From Rotaria sordida (lineage: Eukaryota): 25,900 nucleotides of DNA. Numbering within the stretch: the stretch's first letter is position 1; every line of letters begins with the position of its first letter. Below the pieces are notes generated by a model. That model was not told where the DNA came from. It ran no database searches and saw only the letters and a program-made list of their open reading frames with translations. Positions 24,901 to 25,900 of this stretch are shown here, piece by piece. The stretch covers positions 1 through 25,900 of the forward strand of contig CAJNOH010002073.1 in the NCBI GenBank assembly GCA_905250005.1. Direction: 5' to 3'. The position numbers and the translations under genes were made by a program.

Positions 24901-25346
24901 TAGGTTGCTACTGGAAAGCAAGAAAGATGTGGAATAGGAGACGAAGTAATATTTGCAGTAGGTAGTGAAACTTGCCAAGACGAAATTAATGGTTGATTAA
25001 TTTTATTTGCTTCAATTTCAATAAGAATTGCAGCATTTTGAGCATTGAAATATAACGGAAGAAAACTTCCTCGTGGTAATTGTTCGATTGTAGATTGTAA
25101 ATTTGATGCAGAAAAGTTTCGAATATTCTGTAATTGGCACCAATTTTTGAGACAGTTATCTGTAAGGACATGAAATATTGGTAATGTTTTCCCATCGTTT
25201 TCCAAGTCAATACCATTCAAATATTTTTTCATGCATTCTAATAACATGTGTTCATTTTGATGGTTGTTTTGAATTAAAAAATCTTCGTCGGCAGTAGATG
25301 GTAGATAAGGTGGAAGAAACAAATGATTTAAAATTGATTCATTCAT
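15975..25346 (-). CDS. Giant intronless protein, 3123 aa, resembling eukaryotic DUF3638/DUF3645-containing proteins with helicase-like motifs
   Basis: Uninterrupted 9.4-kb ORF. 'QLNMGEGKTSVILPMLAVNLSSS...LVRIIVLKSLFPTNYQSLRYKLGGLLNQRIF' is the DUF3638-type P-loop block. 'GVNPSPIFNRLMAVPFRAKDVVADRTEFGHPDVALVLTHLSYYYSGL' matches the DUF3645-type block. Further motifs: 'FYLDEIHTRGTDFKFPIGFKAGVTLGNGLTKDRFVQACMRMRKLGHGHSLIFW'. Confidence 0.8.
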   Translation of the reverse strand: MNESILNHLFLPPYLPSTADEDFLIQNNHQNEHMLLECMKKYLNGIDLENDGKTLPIFHVLTDNCLKNWCQLQNIRNFSASNLQSTIEQLPRGSFLPLYFNAQNAAILIEIEANKINQPLISSWQVSLPTANITSSPIPHLSCFPVATYRLKNRIQLSSKVHCELLFDFMRNTIEYSKSSKASHQVDETRDIPESHYVWQWWIQHFQEIEINKSSNTPIKFKKKHRDHIRWNNANLPFRRSGLWLTIKVVLQTILTKRLGSVGTVIYKLLITRFLTYVIGKIHSKISIDLLIHCIRKIVRRLNKIEQLSLSTQLNDVNQWIQHTKEKIHEEINMLIPKSDWQECIRINEETKYNSFSNNFDLNNPHIYQHSCQELKKYISHQSLNKTFESSLNINTNNDFRYIDRDDYIPLIDELRQKFNYTIDRTLTCIELWIELHLNQWINRPKESQDESKRFEILFNFYEKYQSLAVDYYWSDRGHNDPIGYSRFILTLLTIVRSMHERLCNDSRFQRLKQHSINIPDLMHLFEYLVLPNQKDMIRARDLRNYFNEFSQKSYPDLLSKIDDIQAFGVNYAPQSQQMKESIRKIRIQAEYDKQQKIQEVKNAKESYTNLMNSIRDLSCTCEYGYGYRQKCERCRISDQANSIQVKIFECPLPKDDVGAWAVIFELQMPTEIRYYRDIIWQFINRLKSNIAHNMYRWLSQSPHQEKLHSFYTGSNNCKIELLSSVKSATQSHYSYPPSIASSSVEDFLFENSLNIQISPTKPMEFNNECRILTPQLDHPDYKQLQCAINNTDFIQNNIIADLSNCAARLKPNQFIEFGSFRSGHRLQWWNLLVLFEMDSLPIAEESVVILITHAILQYGPQTIDQNLSSNSWCAEAHEQILDDHFIDELIIRLDHRLDDCKLNWQNELVLVIITIITMRMLTICNSTREDRIANLAIKCRKIGETWIDLISENIQILSSSASNEIEKLRLKLVIISISCLLTFSTDLNRINYLLLSNEDLLSLLKASTTIHDNIILNKNRSNMSTFMKNMMRFSIHKLVILQPKIAEFLQKTSYKSLNNFSTIYWAVIRNKGTMNGRWKKRTQDPYDGWYDCQYETRIISINCIQGTFLVDGMTVGFLPEEITTNELFIRIFGSYIFEVQLAESPKTYITKHTYHGNEKVQYEFCFNKEIKHLTITERHTKTNEIFQLISDKCFQTELPDRFVSKHSHWLNLKKQILQFRHINFKEPDFLNNIPYILSLETGYFTTTTENHKQILINQSSTFFMNLFNQYFNRLDDKPYVYMMCDGIIVHIHLSRLGIAFEYNVETNIIKSREYSDMCISKNQWLGTFTSLTSGLLLSPLPVNKNILGNYPYRKLIVPFGNVQSKPNPNINHQIVTIDRPSTMSFSYQYFVFVLNDRLKILQSTDSPTGWLYLALLHAMTSHPLPDEYTGMTGMERAFQLLNSAGCYSDQPFDEVSLNILSQIALISPKVNYYPKHLTCMEQIDWNANGLPYSMQHFGYYLIAKKLIETSQLFNFMYPSMSSNKTPELFGRGKNNETLLKKLYFDYRDSYNPLARLSQEMERDTLKSIQVNLYSSPSEYCKHINNYNVVYLVNDLYSCGNVNLVDCSNRHWLPLSQWMTSENNLKDIWIGLLKMAHCIRIQATVNDTEDIQRFESLLDFLHYISSKRNVNPFYLQMLKTALKSSTILLAGITFPSFVVYTDINEISFRKERIDIIYRSNSSEKVKILGKAALCWRTNQQYPSDCSLATPYEVTEINRLLKLWRSNEELRSFLQAVQDLILSVPIAHFHVQPPYHPQKFECELAENHYQIQIKPTKKSIDSILLQKAKKKFHNFNSGHFNSRMKSMKKSDRRNEFPQEIFSSTNEQNNDLSQISDYFRNQLVRSWEKFLADNQYEQEYPSIEEISQVLNSLREESIKFWNELFISITSSNEQLVETGLILRMTPTTLIPLLQQETPSYSSLTEDQRTILGGIVVNWTLEQQIERILYFAIHKKLDDFKKEISHIPHSNWKPSEHISWLILELEMNITIREIQINVAKHMIQPNASSTQNIVMQLNMGEGKTSVILPMLAVNLSSSNSTLVRIIVLKSLFPTNYQSLRYKLGGLLNQRIFSFACRRDMNFNSQQINQIHKRFQQALCNCDILLTSLEDILSFDLLTIDKCRRQEFNVARSMLATQRQLKKYVRDILDESDEILHVKYQLIYTVGNQQEVDEGSERWKTIQKILELAKKHAADISKQFHDNVCYKAPDRKSTFPQFRLQTSEPFLLLCQKIAKDWIDSRNYRYEDKQVISIFILETNSSVEHLVDKFPHLDIQLFLIIRGLLSSEVLLVTLKKRYRVNYGVNPSPIFNRLMAVPFRAKDVVADRTEFGHPDVALVLTHLSYYYSGLNDSQLSQCFKRLSENETDPTSIYDQWILYDDEKDIPKNIRQWNGVNLKDYQQQINYLFPTFRYNVLVINYFLNYFVFPREAKQFPSKLVASAWDLSSSQRTKIVTGFSGTNDTQLLLPIHIRQYDLPELQKTDAIVVNNLLKNENENYQYLPINVTSENILKRIVDQKEIINVILDVGALFIDGTNRDIAIKLLKLSDKNNIDYVVYFDSDSIVVCDRHLNNYPFVTSPASERLDRCIFYLDEIHTRGTDFKFPIGFKAGVTLGNGLTKDRFVQACMRMRKLGHGHSLIFWSSYEVHQQIKKLKIKSIRKRKRDDIDDLIKLIDILRWVYENTQQSTWDGLHHWASQSLSHQRKASAFRHINWNDDQQEFTEVLMKNLANECPEPEIIELRSMYGASKTMQTLVEIHRNRYEQTSHHMCTEMKNTVLKRLEDYAGTKQRLAQLLDEEQQRELEQELEEERQVERPPSVQPCQPILHDAIKQLCDMGSIIMDLTRYPNVFRHLPYAFTDTTFVNDCQANNWQENFWISTEFQRVIETKGELLNPFLRPPRWIIIYRNQHLIFLSALEANWLMGRLNSLYHKGNVKTPSNTTLRLLLPRIKRVQSIFVNTQKLTVPPLIAHSKETVPFFISPEWLAQLFIFNGTLYFENVDEQTAYCQCLSLCPKPQTKEEEEAFKNGWITVDGFVSNKKHRRALKLYQVRFHNNLLEFARKMIENRNDLRAPITSHVGSIIHNSQKLILS
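17341..17480 (-). other. DExH-like box (LDEIHTRGTDF) and downstream 'QACMRMRKLG' motif of the giant ORF
   Basis: Read from the supplied translation and from the minus-strand bases in this interval. Confidence 0.7.
19160..19190 (-). other. P-loop/Walker A-like motif (MGEGKTSVI) in the giant ORF
   Basis: Reverse complement reads ATG GGT GAA GGA AAA ACA TCA GTT ATT. Confidence 0.8.
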
Positions 25347-25450
25347 AATATTGAACTTGAAAAAAATCGTGTGAATGAATGTAATATTTGTTGAGATGTT
25401 TTAAAAGATAAATCGAATCTAAAAAATAATCATAGCACGAAAACGACAGA

Positions 25451-25610
25451 GTGTGGGTGTGGGTGTGGGTGGGTGTGGGTGTGGGTGGGTGTGGGTGTGG
25501 GTGTGGGCGGGTGTGGGTGTGGGTGTGGGTGGCTGGGTGTGGGGTGTGGGTGGGTGTGGGTGTGGGTGGGTGTGGGTGTGGGGGTGGGGGTGTGGGTGGG
25601 TGCGGGGGTG
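25451..25610. repeat. Right telomere-like array, G-rich strand on plus: (GGGTGT)n with GGGTGGG variants
   Basis: gtgtgggtgtgggtgtgggtgggtgtgggtgtgggtggg... read directly. Confidence 0.9.
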
Positions 25611-25630
25611 CGTGCGAATATTGCTGTGCT

Positions 25631-25720
25631 CTTAAAGAAGATGTCCACACTCCACACACCTACACTCCGCCCACACCCACACTCACACCCACCTACACCA
25701 CAGACACACCCACACCCTTT
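25631..25720. repeat. Degenerate C-rich partner arm (ACACCC-like) following the right G-rich array
   Basis: ccacactccacacacctacactccgcccacacccacactcacacccacctacaccacagacacacccacaccc. Confidence 0.75.
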
Positions 25721-25900
25721 GGTAAATATCTCTTAGCTTCCAGTGATTCGAAGTAACTAACTAACGGGTTGGGGTTATGAAGTCTCCAGAGGAAGAAAAG
25801 GTGATAGCAGAGTGATTTTACTTGACGAATGCTTCTCATTTAGATGAAAAAGTTTGTGCGACTTATTAATTAAGAGTAAAGGACTTACATGAATGCCAGT

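Noticed and set aside
11664-25720. Athena/Penelope-like retroelement or terminon associated with telomeric repeats
   Set aside because: Telomere-like repeats suggested it, but no reverse transcriptase, endonuclease or other retroelement ORF is visible in any frame.
25339-25756. Several overlapping ORFs on both strands (THPHPPTPTP or VWVWVGVGG)
   Set aside because: Low-complexity artefacts of the (GGGTGT)n array. Simultaneous open frames on both strands are expected from the repeat.

Overview
This is eukaryotic DNA. The dense genes, micro-introns of about 46-114 bp, TGTGGG-type repeats and F-box/TPR/LRR-type families fit a bdelloid rotifer (inference), possibly a subtelomeric or accessory region. 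Supported content: (1) a nine-intron TRPV-like ankyrin cation-channel gene on the minus strand (1809-6131), with an intron chain I could rebuild in frame to 641 aa; (2) a 592-bp foldback/MITE-like element with ~185-bp inverted arms and possible TA target duplication (7787-8378); (3) an intronless F-box/LRR-like gene (9370-11139, minus); (4) decayed LRR and TPR gene fragments (about 11713-12464); (5) a small ORF with a signal-peptide-like N-terminus (14692-15060, plus); (6) a giant intronless 3123-aa ORF (15975-25346, minus) with DUF3638/DUF3645-like, helicase-like motifs. The most unusual feature is a family of (GGGTGT)n ... short spacer ... (ACACCC)n hairpin units scattered through the window. 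Its two largest members flank the giant ORF in the orientation of telomere caps: C-rich arm at the left, G-rich arm at the right. No CRISPR array, prokaryotic defence locus, reverse transcriptase, transposase, rRNA or tRNA was found.
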